A stretch of DNA of 63,995 bases, the filler included, from Basidioascus undulatus (taxonomy: Eukaryota): the NCBI GenBank assembly GCA_000826855.1. It is 7 parts of 7 records of this genome, joined end to end, with 100 filler letters (N's around TTAATTAATTAA, not from the genome) between each part and the next. Parts side by side here need not be neighbours in the genome. Positions count along the whole stretch, not along the records: positions 46,281 to 55,416 come from JTLS01001296.1; positions 55,517 to 63,995 come from JTLS01001384.1; 5 more parts are not named here. One strand, written 5' to 3'. The translations under genes and the position numbers were made by a program. Positions within the stretch are counted from its first letter, which is position 1, and every line of letters begins with the position of its first letter. Shown here one piece after another: positions 47,749-60,646 of the stretch. A model generated the notes under the pieces. The model did no database searches and had not been told where the DNA came from. It was given only the letters and a program-made list of their open reading frames with translations.

Positions 47749-49377
47749 TCACACGATCCTCTTGAACCCCACTCCATCCTCATCAAACAGCGCGACCCTC
47801 TCGCCCAGTATGTCCACGAGCCTCAGCACCCACGCGACGACCTCACTCTCGCTCTCCCTCCACGTAAACTTCCCCACAAAGCTCCTCAACCAGATGGTGC
47901 GCAAGCGCGGGGGCGGCGCGCGCGCAATCTCGCGGACGAAGCGCTCGGTGTTGTCGCGCGATTCAGGGTCGGTCGACGTGTTGATCCGGAGCTGCTCGAG
48001 GTTTGCGTGCAGCGCGGAGGGCAGATCGGCGGGGACGTTGTCGGAGCAGACGGAGAGGTCGGTGAGGCGCGTGCAGAGACTGATTAGGGGGGGGACGGCG
48101 GTGCGGTGGGTGCCTGTGGGAGGGAAGGCAGTTAGTTTGCGGGAAAGGAGAGGAAAGAGGAAGACAAGGAGAGAGAGGGAGAGGGAGGGAAGGAAGACGC
48201 ACCGAGCGCGAGGTCTTTGATCCGTGGGCCGTGCGCTTGGAAGAACGCCTGCAGCTCGTTCATAGGCGGGATAAGGTCGGACAAGAAGAGCGCGGTCTCC
48301 TCGAGCGCCGGGAAGTTGCTTCTGGCGAGCAAATCCAGCAGCGCCGGGAGCTCATCAAAGCCCTTGCAGTCCCACTGTCCTCCTCCCCCTCATCAGCTCC
48401 TCGCTCCCAGCGCAGCGCTCGCGAGCGGCTTACCTCCAGATCCCTGAGCGCCGACAGATCCAGCGGCTCAAGCTCTGCTATCCCAGTGTTCTCCTTCGGC
48501 GCCCAGTGTGTGGACACGTCGAGCCAGACGAGCCCGCGCAGGCGGCGGACGAGGTGCAGCGTCGCGCGCGCGGGGACGCCCAGCGTCGTGCTCAGCCGCG
48601 TCAGCCCCGCGCCCGCCCCCCGCGCCAGCGCGTGCAGCGTCCGCGGGCCGGCCATCATCCGCTGGTGAGGGGAGGAGGTTGCTGGGGTGATGAATGCGCG
48701 GAGGTTGGGAAGGAAGAGGAGGAGGTGCTGTGCCGCCGAAGGAGGAGGGAAGGCAAGGCGGTTTCACGTGATAGTGTCAGGAAGATGGAAGACGGGATTT
48801 TGGTGGGAGGCTATGGAAGGGCGTACGGGGAGGGGAGTGGTATCGAGGACTATTTCGACAGTCAGCTCTTGGCCGTCTTCGTTCAGCGACGGCGGGGGCA
48901 GGATCTGCTCGGAGAGGCGGAGGGTGCGGGTCGAGTGGGAGGGGTTGAGGGAGGAGACGTCGAGGAAGATGAGGTGGTTGAGGCAGGCCTGCATTGCGCT
49001 CAGCGAGCGAAACACCATATGCCTGTACAAGCATGGCAGGGCCATTTTCTGTGTCCCACACTGCCTACATCAGTGCCCATCCCCGCGACGCCCAGCCGCA
49101 CTGCATCCAACTATCCAGAAGAAGGAGCCCGCCAACTCACATGCCACGCCTTGCACACCCTCACGAGCGCCAGCTTGGTACCCAAGCTCGCCTCCTCCTC
49201 CGCGTCGCCGCACCCGTAGCTGGTCGCCCAGTCGAAGATGCGCTTCCATACCTCGGGCGGGATGCGGGCCATACATTCGGTGGAGAGCCTGGCAGGGGCG
49301 GCGGCAGCGGCGGCGCGCTTGGTATTCGGCGGGGTGGGCCCGCGCGAGCTTGTGCGGGTCATGGGCGAGCGGGGCAT
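47749..49377 (-). CDS. F-box/LRR-like family member, apparently intact
   Basis: RIPPEVWKRIFDWA..KLALVRVCKAWH|KMALPCLYRHM..|HLLLFLPNLR..GPRTLHALARG..NFPALEETAL..LQAFFQAHGPRIKDL|LCTRL..; four GT-AG introns remove the apparent stops. Confidence 0.7.
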
Positions 49378-49646
49378 CGCAGATGGGCAGGATGAGGGGG
49401 GGAGATGATGGCGAGGGTGGATGTTGGATGCTGGAGGCTGCCAGGTCGGTGTGCGACCGGGAGACGGAGCGGGCCGAAGTATGCTGCTATGACTAGGTAC
49501 GAATCAGGTCAGCCTTCTCGGCAATAACACCTACCATATCGGCGCCGAAGGACATTTCATTCCGACCTGCACGGTGCACCGCGCGCTGCTCTTGGTCTTC
49601 TCCCTGCCCTCCAATCCATCATCCATCACATCCATATTATTCTATC

Positions 49647-50496
49647 ATGTCCTCCCCTCTCACTCCACCCCCAGCGCCCCCCCTAGACCTCCTCCTCACC
49701 TCGTACCTCTCTTTCCTCACATCCTACCAGCACCGCGTCTCCCTCCTCTCCTCCCACCTGTCCTCCGCGCACCTCGACCTCGCCCGCGCAAAGCAGGCCA
49801 TCGGCCTCAAGGGGGAGGTCGGCGAGCGCGCGTACGATGGGCGCATGAAGGCTCGGGCGACCGTGTGCGTCCAAGTCCTCCACAGGTGCTGGATCATGCA
49901 TTGCTTGAGCTTGGGTCTAATTCGGTTCGTGTGTGCGTGCGTGGGATAGGAGGATCGAGCTCGCCGAGGAGGAGCAAGGGGAGGGCAAGCTGGAAGACCT
50001 CCTTGCGAAGCTGAGCATCGACGAACTCGATTCTGGTGTTCTCCCTGGCGCCCAAGCGCACCATCCAACATTCCAACTCTTCTCCACCCTCCCCTCCCTG
50101 TCATCCTACACGTCCCCCTCCCCCTTATCCTCCCTCTCATCCTCGCCCTCTTCTCCCTCACCCACACTCCGCGCCCGCGCCCGCGCCCCTCCGTCATCTT
50201 CTCCCGACTCCACCACCAACCCCGACCCCGCTTCCCTCCGTGACCCCCTCCACCAGTTCGCGCCCCTCCCGCCGCCTTCGCTCCGCTCTGCGCAGACCCA
50301 CTTCTCCCGCGCGCTTGGCACGGCCGTGAGGGACTTGCTTGCTGTGAAGCTGGCGTTAGAGAGGGTGGAAAGGCGGGTGGAGGAGGTGAAGCGGGAAGAG
50401 AAGAAGGCAGAGCGAAAGGATGGAGAACACCAGGGGGAAGCGGAGGACGGGAGCAGGGATCGGGCTGAGGAGGGTGTGGGAGAGCGAGATGCATGA
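49647..50496 (+). CDS. VMA22: V-ATPase assembly factor Vma22/CCDC115, 2 exons
   Basis: LDLLLTSYLSFLTSYQ..LSSAHLDLARAK..YDGRMKA and DPLHQFAPLPPPSLRSAQTHF motifs. Confidence 0.85.
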
Positions 50497-50979
50497 ACTA
50501 GGAGTGCAATGACTATGTGACATGTTGAACGCGGACACGTTGTGTACACTGCGCAGGCCCGACCTCGGATAGAGGCGGCCGCGCAGGAATGTTTCTGCCC
50601 GCATGGGAAACCCCCTCCCCAGCCTGCTGGCCACGTTGGAACAGATCCGATTATGTCTTTCGTACTACCAGTCAATCCGCGCACGGCGGTACACGAGAGC
50701 TTTGCACATTGGAGAAGTTCCAATTGGAAACGACGAGCTCACCAACCTATGCTTCTAACAATCTCTTACCTACCTCTGCTTTTCAATGTCACGGAAGGTT
50801 TTAGGGACATGCTGTTTTTCCAAGCCGCATGTTTTTCAACCTGACACCGTATTTTGGCGTCGCGGGTCCGGCGACGCTGGTGAATTGGCGGCGAGTCGGC
50901 TTTCCTGCCTCTCGCTTCTTTTCCGCGACACTTTCCACCTTGCCAACCCGCTCGCCTCAGCTCAAATTTGAAACCGGCC

Positions 50980-52168
50980 GTGAGTCTCCCGAATGAGCTC
51001 TGGCACCGCGTGTTCAGTCTCGTCATCGGCGAGACTGTAGTCGACAAGGAGCGGTTGAAGAAGGGATCGACGCTCGCGCTCGTCTGCAAGTCCTGGGACG
51101 TACGTCTCCCTTCCCCCTAGTCGAGCAAGGCCGTGGTCAGACTGAGTTGCTCCACAGGCAATCTCAGAGCCCATTCGTTTCCGGAGCCTCACAATCGATG
51201 GGGCAGCGTCGATCGATCGCTGCGCTCGCCTGCTCGAGTCGCACAACCTCGCAGGTCGCCGTCCTTTTCGACACACTCGAGCGCTAAGCGCTTCGTTGGG
51301 GATCACCGACAGCGCCTTCGATACAAGCTCTATCCTGCGCGTCCTCTCCTTCTCTTATTGTCTCGAAACCGTCGAACTGGCCGACGGTCTTGTGGGACCC
51401 CTCATGCTCCACGCTCTCGCCTCAAACAACGCCCACACTCTCACCGACCTCAGCGCATGCTTCGACGTTCTGATGCACCATGGCATATCTACTCTCAATC
51501 GCTTTGTGGAACTTTGCTCGCTGCGCTGCGAATACTACGTTTCCGAGGAGCCATTGGCGGAGGAAGACCTCGCGCCGCGCTCCAGCGCTACCGCCGAAAC
51601 CCTTAAACTTCCTAAACTGGAATCTCTCTCCTTCGACGATTCCAGAGAACTCGACGCTGCTCGACGCGTTTTGATACCCTTCGCACAAGGCGATCTCCCC
51701 GCGCTCTGCACACTCTCGCTTTCCGGCTCTGGCAGGGATGGGGACGTTCTCGAGCGCTTCTTCGTCCGGCACGGCTCCAAGCTTCGCACCCTCGACACCG
51801 CGTTCAGCGAGGCGCCCTTCCCGCCAACTCTCATCTCGCACTGCCGCTCCCTCCGCACTTTCACCACCGACCTGCAGACGGCGGGCGAAGAACCCGACGC
51901 GGTCGTCGCGCTCGTTCGGGCCCTCCCGCCTTGCCTCCGAGAGCTTCACGTCACAGTCGTGTTTGAGTACGAAGTTCCCGAGCTGCTCGGTGGGCTCTAG
52001 TCGATCTTGGAGGGCAACTTCCCCTCTCTGCGACGCATCGACGTGGAGAGCTACATCCCGGAAGAGGAGGCGGAGGAGTTCGCGGACGCGCTCCAGCTGA
52101 TCGCTCTCCAGTTCTTCAAGAGAGGTGTGTTGATCTATTGTGACGCTACACTCGTACTTTTGATGTGA
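50980..52168 (+). pseudogene. F-box/LRR-like family member, recent pseudogene
   Basis: GTG in place of ATG, then SLPNELWHRVFSLV..LALVCKSWD|AISEPIRFR..GPLMLHALA..DLPALCTLSL..LERFFVRHGSKLR..; a single in-frame TAG at 51998-52000. Confidence 0.75.
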
Positions 52169-52608
52169 GAGCGAGGGATAGGCGGGAGATGATTCATCGT
52201 GCGATCCGGGAAGCTGTTCCGTCATGTCAAGCGAATTCTCCAGAAATGCTACACCCTATGATGTTCCCAGAATAAAGGAATTATGGAAGGCAGTTTGGTT
52301 TAGACTCATACCGTGCAGGCCCATAAGAACGCAAGCACAGCTGCGTTCCCACTAGACTAGTACCCCGCAAGTCAACAAGTAAGTAAAGGGACACAGTCAC
52401 CATTGACACCCCAACTTGAAAGTCCAGTGAAATTTGTGTGATAGTAACATAGGATTCATAGGAATGATTCAACCTCTCGCTTTTCGGCGATTTACTACCG
52501 ACCCAGCTGGGGTCGTAAGTTCCGTAAGAACTTTCGGCTGGCACGTTATTTCCCGATGTTCGTCCTGCACTCCTCACCTTCTCGTCTTTGCGATCATTCA
52601 AGGCGACC

Positions 52609-53779
52609 ATGAACCTTCCAGAAGAGCTTTGCGCTTCACGCTCATAATCGACGACAGCCCGTCCGTTGAGGAGGTTGAAGAAGGGATCCGTCCTCGCGAT
52701 GGTCTGCAAGTCCTGGGATGTAAGTTGCTCGTCGTTCAATCCAGACGAATGGCTACTCAGCAGTAGCTCCTTTTATAGGCTATCTCCGAGCACCTTCGGT
52801 TCCGCGATTTCACACTCAAATCCGAAGTATCGATCGATCGATTCGCTCGCCTGCTCGTGTCCCCCGACGCCGCCGGGTGTCGTCCTCTTCGGCACACTCA
52901 AGTTCTTAGCGCGACGGCTTCTCTGAATCTCCCGTACCTTACGTTCGACAACAGCTCGATTGCATGCTTTCTTTCGCTTGCCGCCTCGAGTCGATGCACT
53001 TCTCCGAACGCCCCGTGGGGCCGGACACGATTCACGCGCTTGCCACAACCAATGCTCCCACTCTCACGACACTCAGCGCATCCTTCCGCGTTGCTGACCG
53101 CGAGTTCCTTCATGCTCTCGGGCACTTCGTCGATCTTCGCTCGCTTTCGCTGAGCTGGAGAGTCAGCTGGGAGGAGGTAGAGGGAGCCTTCGCCTCGCTC
53201 CGTGTTGCCGCCGTTGGCGAGCCTCTCGAATTCCCCAGCTTGGAGACTCTCTCCTTCTGAGACAACGGCGTCGATACCGCAGTCGTCGAATGCTGATGCC
53301 TTTCGCTCTTGGCGCCTTTCCTGCTCTGTCCAAAATCTCGTTCTTCGGCGCTTGGGATGATGATCTCGATGCCCTTGAGCGTTTCTTCGTTTGCCACGGC
53401 TCGAAGCTGCGCTTGCTTAAAACCACACCTCTTTGTGACGGACCTCTTCCACCGACTTTCATCTGACATTGCTCGGGTCTGCGGACACTTATCACAAACC
53501 TGCAGACGGCGCACGACTTGGTCACGCTCGTGCAAGCTCTTCCGCCCTCGCTCCACGAGCCCCGAATCAGGGGATCCGTCATCAAAGATGATGTCTCAGG
53601 ACTACTTGAGGGGATCGATTCGGTGCTCTCTTGCGACTTTCCGTCTATGCAACGCATCGACGTTGAGAGCTCTCTGGCTGATCGCTACGAAGACGAGATG
53701 GCTGAGCAGCCGAGTTTGTCGAGGCCTTGAAGAAGGCAGCCGTCCCACTCTCGCACATAGTGGCAATGATATATTTTGA
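52609..53779 (+). pseudogene. F-box/LRR-like tandem paralog of 50980-52168, heavily disrupted
   Basis: MNLPEEL..LKKGSVLAMVCKSWD|AISEHLRFR..GPDTIHALA..LERFFVCHGSKLR..DFPSMQRIDVES; same intron position as neighbour; several stops and frameshifts. Confidence 0.75.
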
Positions 53780-54219
53780 AGGAACGCCCGTGCTTCCAAT
53801 TTAGGGTATACAGTGGACATGGGGAGCTTTCCGATGAACATATTCATATGCTTCGCAATGGCTTGCAACTGAAATGGAGCTGCCCTGCCATCCTCTGTTT
53901 CCGCCTACACAGACACAGAAATCAAATTACATAACTGATCGAAAACTTTGTCGCAACGCGATGTCCAAATGTTTAGCGAAATGTGCAATGGCGACGGTCC
54001 CTTCTGATGGCAGCTCGCGGTCAGAAAGGTGTGCTCCTTCCAAACCTTTCACCACCTGGACGCCCTAACGCAATCTCTCGCCCATACTTTCTGCAGGCTG
54101 AAGAACAACACATGTATCGCCCATTCCTCCCCTCTCATGAAGACTCGCCCCCATCCACGTCTTCCGGCAGTCCATAATCCTGGCATGGCGTTTGCGTCAG
54201 CTCCGAAAGGAATCAGGTC

Positions 54220-55416
54220 CAAGGATTAAGGTAAACGAAGACGAACCGAGACCTCGAACCGCGCCCAAGGCCGGTCCGCGCGCTTGCCTGCGGACCTGAG
54301 CTCGGGCGAGCTGTGCAGGTGCGCGTAGCGCCTGTTCCATCCAGGCATCGTTCAGTCCATTTGCGATGGAGCTCTGGATTGAGCAAAGGTATGAAGTAAG
54401 GAAGGGCAGAGAGCCCGCACGCACTTTATCCCGTCCTTCCCGCGGAAGAGAACGATCCGGTAGAAGGGGGCTTGGGTCCAGCTGTCGGCTGCAGGCGCAC
54501 GTACCTTGGTCAGTCGCCGAACAGGATGAGGGGGGTAGGTATGGATGGTATGGATAAAGAGAAAGTGGGGAGAGGGAAGATACAGACCGAGCTGCGGGAC
54601 CATGAGCGCGCGGTCGCCCGTATCGAAGTTTGCGAGCTCGCCGTCGGCGGTGTACATCTTCGTTGCCATCTGCGTCGCTACTACTACCTGTTCGCACCCA
54701 GACACATCCATTCATGCATATATTCAGCCAGTCATTCAGTGAATGAGTTCAACAGAGAAAACTAAGAATGAAAAGGAGGAGGAAATGGGACGAAGGGGAC
54801 GCACAGCACACCCATACATGCTCGCCACCTTGCCCAGCACCGTCTTGATCTGCGCCAGAATGCGGCTTCGCGTGCCCGAGTCGAGCGCAGGCGAGCGCAG
54901 GTGGTACGAGAGCGTGTCGATGACGAGGAGCTTGATCTGCGGGGGCGGAAGGTGTCAGGGTGTCCGAAAGAAGGAAGAGTTGGAACAGGGAAAGAAATGG
55001 TAGGCGGTAAAGTAGGAGGGGGAGTAGAAGGGAAACAAGAAAAGAGGACGGACATCTGGATGTTCTTTGAGGTATGTCTCGAGCGTGTGCAGCCACGCGA
55101 CGAGGAGCGCGAGCGGCGTAATGCGCGTGCGGTGAATGCCTCGGAGAATTTCGCGCGCTGTGTGAGCGTGCGAGTGTTTGTAAGTAGGGCGTCTGCGCGG
55201 GAAAGAGAAGAGGGCGAGTACGAACGTTGGGAGGGAGAGGAGGTGAGTGCGAGGGCAGAGGAGCGGAAGCGGTGTGCTGGTAAAGAGCCCTCAGTATCTA
55301 CCCATATTCCAGATCTCATTCAGCATAAAACCACTCTTCTTCCCTTCCAGGAATTTCGCCGACTCACAGCCGCCCGCAGCCGTTTCATGTCTGTTGCAAC
55401 AGCACGTCTCTTACAC
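54220..55416 (-). CDS. RecA/Rad51 paralog (Rad51C/Rad55-like), 3' part
   Basis: DTEGSL, IKLLVIDTLSYHLR (Walker B), VVVATQMATK, ALMVPQL|ADSW, RIVLFR; Walker A presumably beyond contig edge. Confidence 0.75.
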
Positions 55417-55516
55417 NNNNNNNNNNNNNNNNNNNNNNNNNNNNNNNNNNNNNNNNNNNNTTAATTAATTAANNNNNNNNNNNNNNNNNNNNNNNNNNNN
55501 NNNNNNNNNNNNNNNN
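55417..55516. other. Artificial contig spacer
   Basis: 44 N + TTAATTAATTAA + 44 N. Confidence 0.99.
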
Positions 55517-55530
55517 TCTCCTCTGAGCCA

Positions 55531-56155
55531 TATATAAACCGCCCCGCTCACCATCATCCATCTCCATCACACACACACCTGCATTCCAATTAATACCCAG
55601 TCCTCCTCCGTCCGCCTTCCAATACTACGCCCACTTCGCTAAAGGAGGGCTTCTAATAAGATGCTGAAGCTGCTCAATATAGCGTCCACCACAGTCAAGG
55701 TAGATATTCTTGAGAATTTGCCTGGAGAGGAGGGCCGGGCAAGGGGAGGAACTAGGGCTGACAGGTTTGCATTCTTCTAGCCCACTACTACTACAAAGAC
55801 GGTGACGGCCACCGAGACCAAGACCAAGGAGAAGGAGCCGGCAAGTCATCCGTTCAATAAATGTATGTCACAAAGTCCCCTGACCACGACATTGTTGGCT
55901 GTCGCAGAAGGAGACCGGCAAGAAGCACTGGTAATTCTAAATAATCACCTCATCCACCTATATACCCCGTTCCACTTATACCAGGCCCTTTCCGTAATAC
56001 CCCTTGAAATTGGCACTGTGAATAATGCCTTCGTCCCCTCCTATGACCCCCTCTAATACTTCCTACCTTTATTGTTCATACATCCTGGCCTCCGCACTCT
56101 GCCGGTGCTTCCCTTGTCTCCCCAAACCCGAACCCCACCTCTCTTCTTAACCACC
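55531..56155 (+). pseudogene. Relic paralog of the Lys/Asp-rich gene at 27780-28395
   Basis: TATATAAA at 55531; 55918-56155 closely matches 28372-28595 (KKHW*F* versus KKYWRF*, plus 3' UTR); no clean ORF. Confidence 0.6.
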
Positions 56156-56246
56156 ACTGTTCTCTGCTCATGCATTATGCATGTGTCTCGGAATACTCTT
56201 TTCGGACAGTGAGAAGTGCCAATGTCCGAGTGCTTGGCGGTACTCT

Positions 56247-56645
56247 TTACTCATGTCGCCCGTCATCCTTCTTGTCATCCTTCTTCCTGTCACCATGTTT
56301 CTTTTGTAAGTATCCAGTGGAGCGCTGTCAGAAGCTCTTCAACCGGCATATCTGCGAGCAGGTGAAATTGTCCTTACCTCGTCCCTCTTGACCTTCTTAT
56401 CGTCCACCTTGTTGTCCACCTTATCGTCCACCTTCTCAGAATGCAATTAGCTTTGCTTTACTGGCCTCCCAAATTCTAACCGGACGAACGTTCTTGTCGT
56501 CCCCGATCCACTGGCGCCTGCTCAGCTCGCCCGCATCGCGGCGGCTCATGATAGCGTAGCCGGACGCGCCGCCGACGGCAGGCGCAGCGGCAACCATGGC
56601 GGTAGCCGAGAGGGCGACGACGGCGAAGAGAGAGGTGGTGCGCAT
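56247..56645 (-). CDS. Small secreted Lys/Asp-rich protein with dibasic sites, 3 exons
   Basis: MRTTSLFAVVALSATAMVAAAP signal peptide; ..SRRDAGELSRRQWIGDDKN|VDDKVDNKVDDKKVKRDE|RSTGYLQKKHGDRKKDDKKDDGRHE*. Confidence 0.7.
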
Positions 56646-59249
56646 TCTCGGGTTTGATTAGGAGTAAATGTAATTGGGAATGTGGAAAGAGTTGAGGTGC
56701 TCGGAGGAGTATTAGATGTGTGGAAGCGATGGATGGTGGGGAACGGAGTTGCCGGTCGGTGCAGCACCCGTCCTTTTATGCAGCGTGCCAGCCCCAGTGA
56801 TCAGCTGTGGACCTAAGCGCTGTTTTCTGCAAGCACTCCAATGTTGGCTCACCGAACCATCATAAGTCATGAAATTGTCCTGGGGGCGCCGGCCGCAGCT
56901 CAGCGGCTCGCCATCCAGCCTGTGCTGCTACCCTTCAGTCTACAGTGGACGCTAAGCTCGAACATCTCACACAAGCTGGCGGCGCTTGCTCGCCAATCCA
57001 TACAAAAAGACAGCTGAAAATGCAGCGCCACGTTTCCGCCACATTTAGAGATGAGAAAACCCGGGCTAAAGGTGCGTCCGGAGGCTGGCGCTGAGTCCGC
57101 CCTCCGCTGCGCCTTCAAATGCCGGAGAGTCCGTCTTCTGGAAACGCGGCTACAAGAAGCTCGACACCAACGCTCGGAACAATTGTATAGTGAAAGAGAC
57201 AAAATTGCTTTTGGGGCAGGTGTCGTCTCATCAAGTCAACGTATGAGCATACGCCAGGCTGTTCACGCGTGCTCGAGCTGTGCACACGGTCGTTCACCCG
57301 CATTCTTCTCTTCGAACAACACACAACAATAGAATACTGGGTGGAGACGGGTATCATGCAATTGTAAAGGGTTCGCTCAAGTCTCTCTGCCCTCCTCTCA
57401 AACCCGACTATCAGTCGATATCCAACCTAGCCATCTTGACTCTCCCTCTATCCTGCTTCCTCTTAATCTTCTCCATCTTCTCGCATCGCGCCTCGCGACC
57501 TTCGCATCCTACTTTATACGCGCCTTCCCGCCCTTCACGAGCCTCGTGAGCGCAGTGGTCGCCTCGCCTTGTTCAACTCCTCCTTCATCACGTTCTCCAC
57601 CTCCCGCTTCAGCCGGTTCGCGAACACCTTGAGCTGGCTCTCGCTGGCCGGCGCATGGCACCAGGGCGCGTGGGGGTGCAGCATTCATTGCGGGGCGCCC
57701 GCCCATCTTGGTGGATCGGTGGGAATGGATCACCCTCGCTACTCAACAACCTCAAGGTGCTGGTTACGCACCGAATCCCACAGCCTCTGGACAGTCCAGG
57801 CCTGACTACGTTTTGACTGACCTCGATCGAGTCAGGCTTGTTGCCATATTCTTACGCACGCAGTTCTGCTTCCTACTCAAGGTCTATTTGAGCGAGTTCA
57901 GTCGCGTCAAACAGGCGTGAAATGCCAAAATTGTGCTGACTGTGTCAGACATGAAAATCGATCATAGCTGTGAGCCGCTCTTAGGTTATAGACAAACTGG
58001 CGGACAAGGAGGGCGGAAGGAAAGCGCGCGAAATCTCAACGCTGCTTCGCGTTGGCCGTTTGGAAATGCCACTGTGTGCTCGAGGCACGCCTCCAGCGCT
58101 GAAGCCTCCAAGATAGCCCAACAGTTGCTGGAGCCTGTGCGGTTGCGGATCGTACCGCGAGACCACAAGCGAGTAGCCGTCAAAAGGCTGAGGATCCTAT
58201 CATAACACGATCGAGCTGGCAGACGAGGAACTGCAAAAATGGGTCGCTAAACCTTCTTGGTCTGAATTTGACTGGCTGAGCATGAAGAGATTCCCGCTTA
58301 ATTCTAACTTCACCTCTTCCCCTTGTGGTGACGCTCTGGCCTGCCGGCCACATCTGGCGCCAACACTCCGCCGTGCGTTCGTAGTCATTTGGAACTACAC
58401 AAGCAAGAAGAAAGAGAACGGAAAATTGATGCAAGGTCATGCGGGCACGTAATAGTGCTTCTATCTGAGCCTAAGCCCGTCTCAGTTCCCAATCAATTGC
58501 CAGCCGTGCTCGCTGACTGTAGCCAATGGCTGACTGCTGCCAATGTCATAAAGGTCTGTCAAACAGTACGCGCGCCGTATTGAGAGCGAGAACCTGGGAT
58601 GGAATCGGCAGTCGTACGGTGCTTTGAACGTTTTCTTGTCCTCCAGGAGCGATGGGTCGGGCTTGCCTGAATGCACCATTTGCACCATTTCGGCGAGAGC
58701 GAGCGCTATCGTTAAAGGCTTGGAAACAGCTCTTGAAGTTATTTCCGCCTTGACATCCTCGGAGTGACAGTGCCCATGCTTTTTCAGGGCTGTATCAGTG
58801 AGTGTGGAAAGTTCTGCACTGCGATGGATGAGCTGCTTCCCCATTAGCTTCAATCTGCCATAGCACTTCAGCATAATCAGGGCGTGTATGTACAGTCGTC
58901 TTTATGAGTCTACGAAACGGATGAGGGCGATGCCCCAGGTCGTGCCGGAGAGGGAGGAGCGTGCCATGAGAGACGCCAAATTTGACGACCTTCTCGCCAT
59001 GCGATCTGAATCGCAACTCATGGTTGAGGTGGACGGTTTGACCGAGGATTGGTAGGTGAGAGGGTTGCCGTACATGATGAGGGGGATGTTGTCAACCTTT
59101 GAGCGGTTCCTCAAGAGAATGTACTGGTACTTGGTTGGCTCGGGACGTGAGCGGTGAGCAGCAGCCCTACATCATCTCGTCTCCCTTCCTCCGAAAGGAC
59201 CGTGCGGACTTCGTCCGCCGTGTCTACCACTTCTCCAGTTCCCCACTCC

Positions 59250-59669
59250 GACCCCTCAGCACTTGGGTCAACTATATACACATGCTAAGAGTGGATGGAC
59301 TGGGTTATGATGGAGGTTAAGGCCGGACCTGCCTCTGCGACCGCCCCTTCCGCCGTACCCACACCACCTGCGTCAACACAGCCATCGCTTCCAAGCTCCC
59401 CGACACCCCAATCACCCTCGGCAACAATCACACCATCCCCGGCATTCAATGCTGCCCCCCACGCCGCCAGTCCCATCCTTCGCACCATCGATCCACCCTC
59501 CATCAAGCATCCGAAAACTGTTTCATCTCTGCATAGTCTAGTCTTCTCCTGCTGGTGCAAAGCTTTCGCTCATGTGGTTTTGGTGCTGGCCGGGCGCCTT
59601 CTTGCACCTGTACTCTACCCCTCCTGTGGCCCACTAGCGGCGTCGCATGCAGAGCTCTTAACGCCTAAC
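59250..59669 (+). mobile_element. Dispersed repeat copy B, probable non-LTR retrotransposon relic
   Basis: Matches reverse complement of 32620-33100 with indels; GRTCLCDRPFRRTHTTC; same end ..CTCTTAACGCCTAAC. Confidence 0.5.
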
Positions 59670-60646
59670 CCAACCCATCTTGTGTCTTCCTTTGATGATC
59701 GCTGTATCGACATTGGAATGGAGTACCATGTCAGCTGGACAAATGTATCTCTTCCGACCACAGCTTCTGTTCCCGTCACGCGAGAAAGTCTCATAGGGCG
59801 GCCCTGCCACGACGCCAGACAGCACTGGATGAACGAAGCAATGCCAGCAAAATTGACGAGCATAGTGTGTACTCGAGGGAAGCAATGAACGGTCAGATGG
59901 ATGTAGCCTGTGTAAACATCGATATAAAAACATTTTCGAACATTAATCAGATAACTCGGTGCATGATTCTTTAAAAGGCCATAATGGTCTGGCTTGTGTG
60001 CGTTGTCCAGCGGCTTACCCCTGGCTCAAGTTGCTCTGGCGCCTTCCTAGTGACCGGTGATAACTCGGCCGGTTTCCCATAGTGAGGAGCCACAATCATG
60101 TAAACTGTCCAAAAGTGATTGGTGTCCATGTGACTCACATATGCAAGCGCCGAAGACAGTGCGCAGCTAGGGCAAACACAGTTGATCAGTTCGCGAGAGA
60201 CTGGTTAGATAGGAATACGAGTGTTGACTGCACAAGTACAAGCTCACACTCAAGGCCACGCGTGTCTGTACAATGGCAAAATAGTCGAACATGGATGCGC
60301 GAGAACATATGGAACACGAGGTAATAGAGCTAGGCACAAAGCGAGGGCGTTGGAAATAACATAGGCGGGCGATGCGTGCGTGTGGGAACACGGAGATGGG
60401 GTGGACAGGATGTGTGTGCGTGGGGTATGTGTGAGCAGGATGGGAGGCGAGATACGGGCGCAACAGAAAAAGACAAATGATTGGATGCGAGGAACAACAT
60501 CCAAGAAATGCGGATGCGAGGGTGCAGTGTACAGGAGACGAACATGGGCTAAGATATATTACAGCGTGAGAGACATGTACAACGCCGCCGTCGGCCACGA
60601 GCGCGGGGTATCGTGAGAAAGGGTAAAGAAGGGAAAAGCGGAAGTA

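Noticed and set aside
9167..55516. Regularly spaced TTAATTAATTAA motif about every 9.25 kb as a biological repeat or CRISPR-like array
   Set aside because: Always embedded in N runs; it is a six-frame-stop assembly linker
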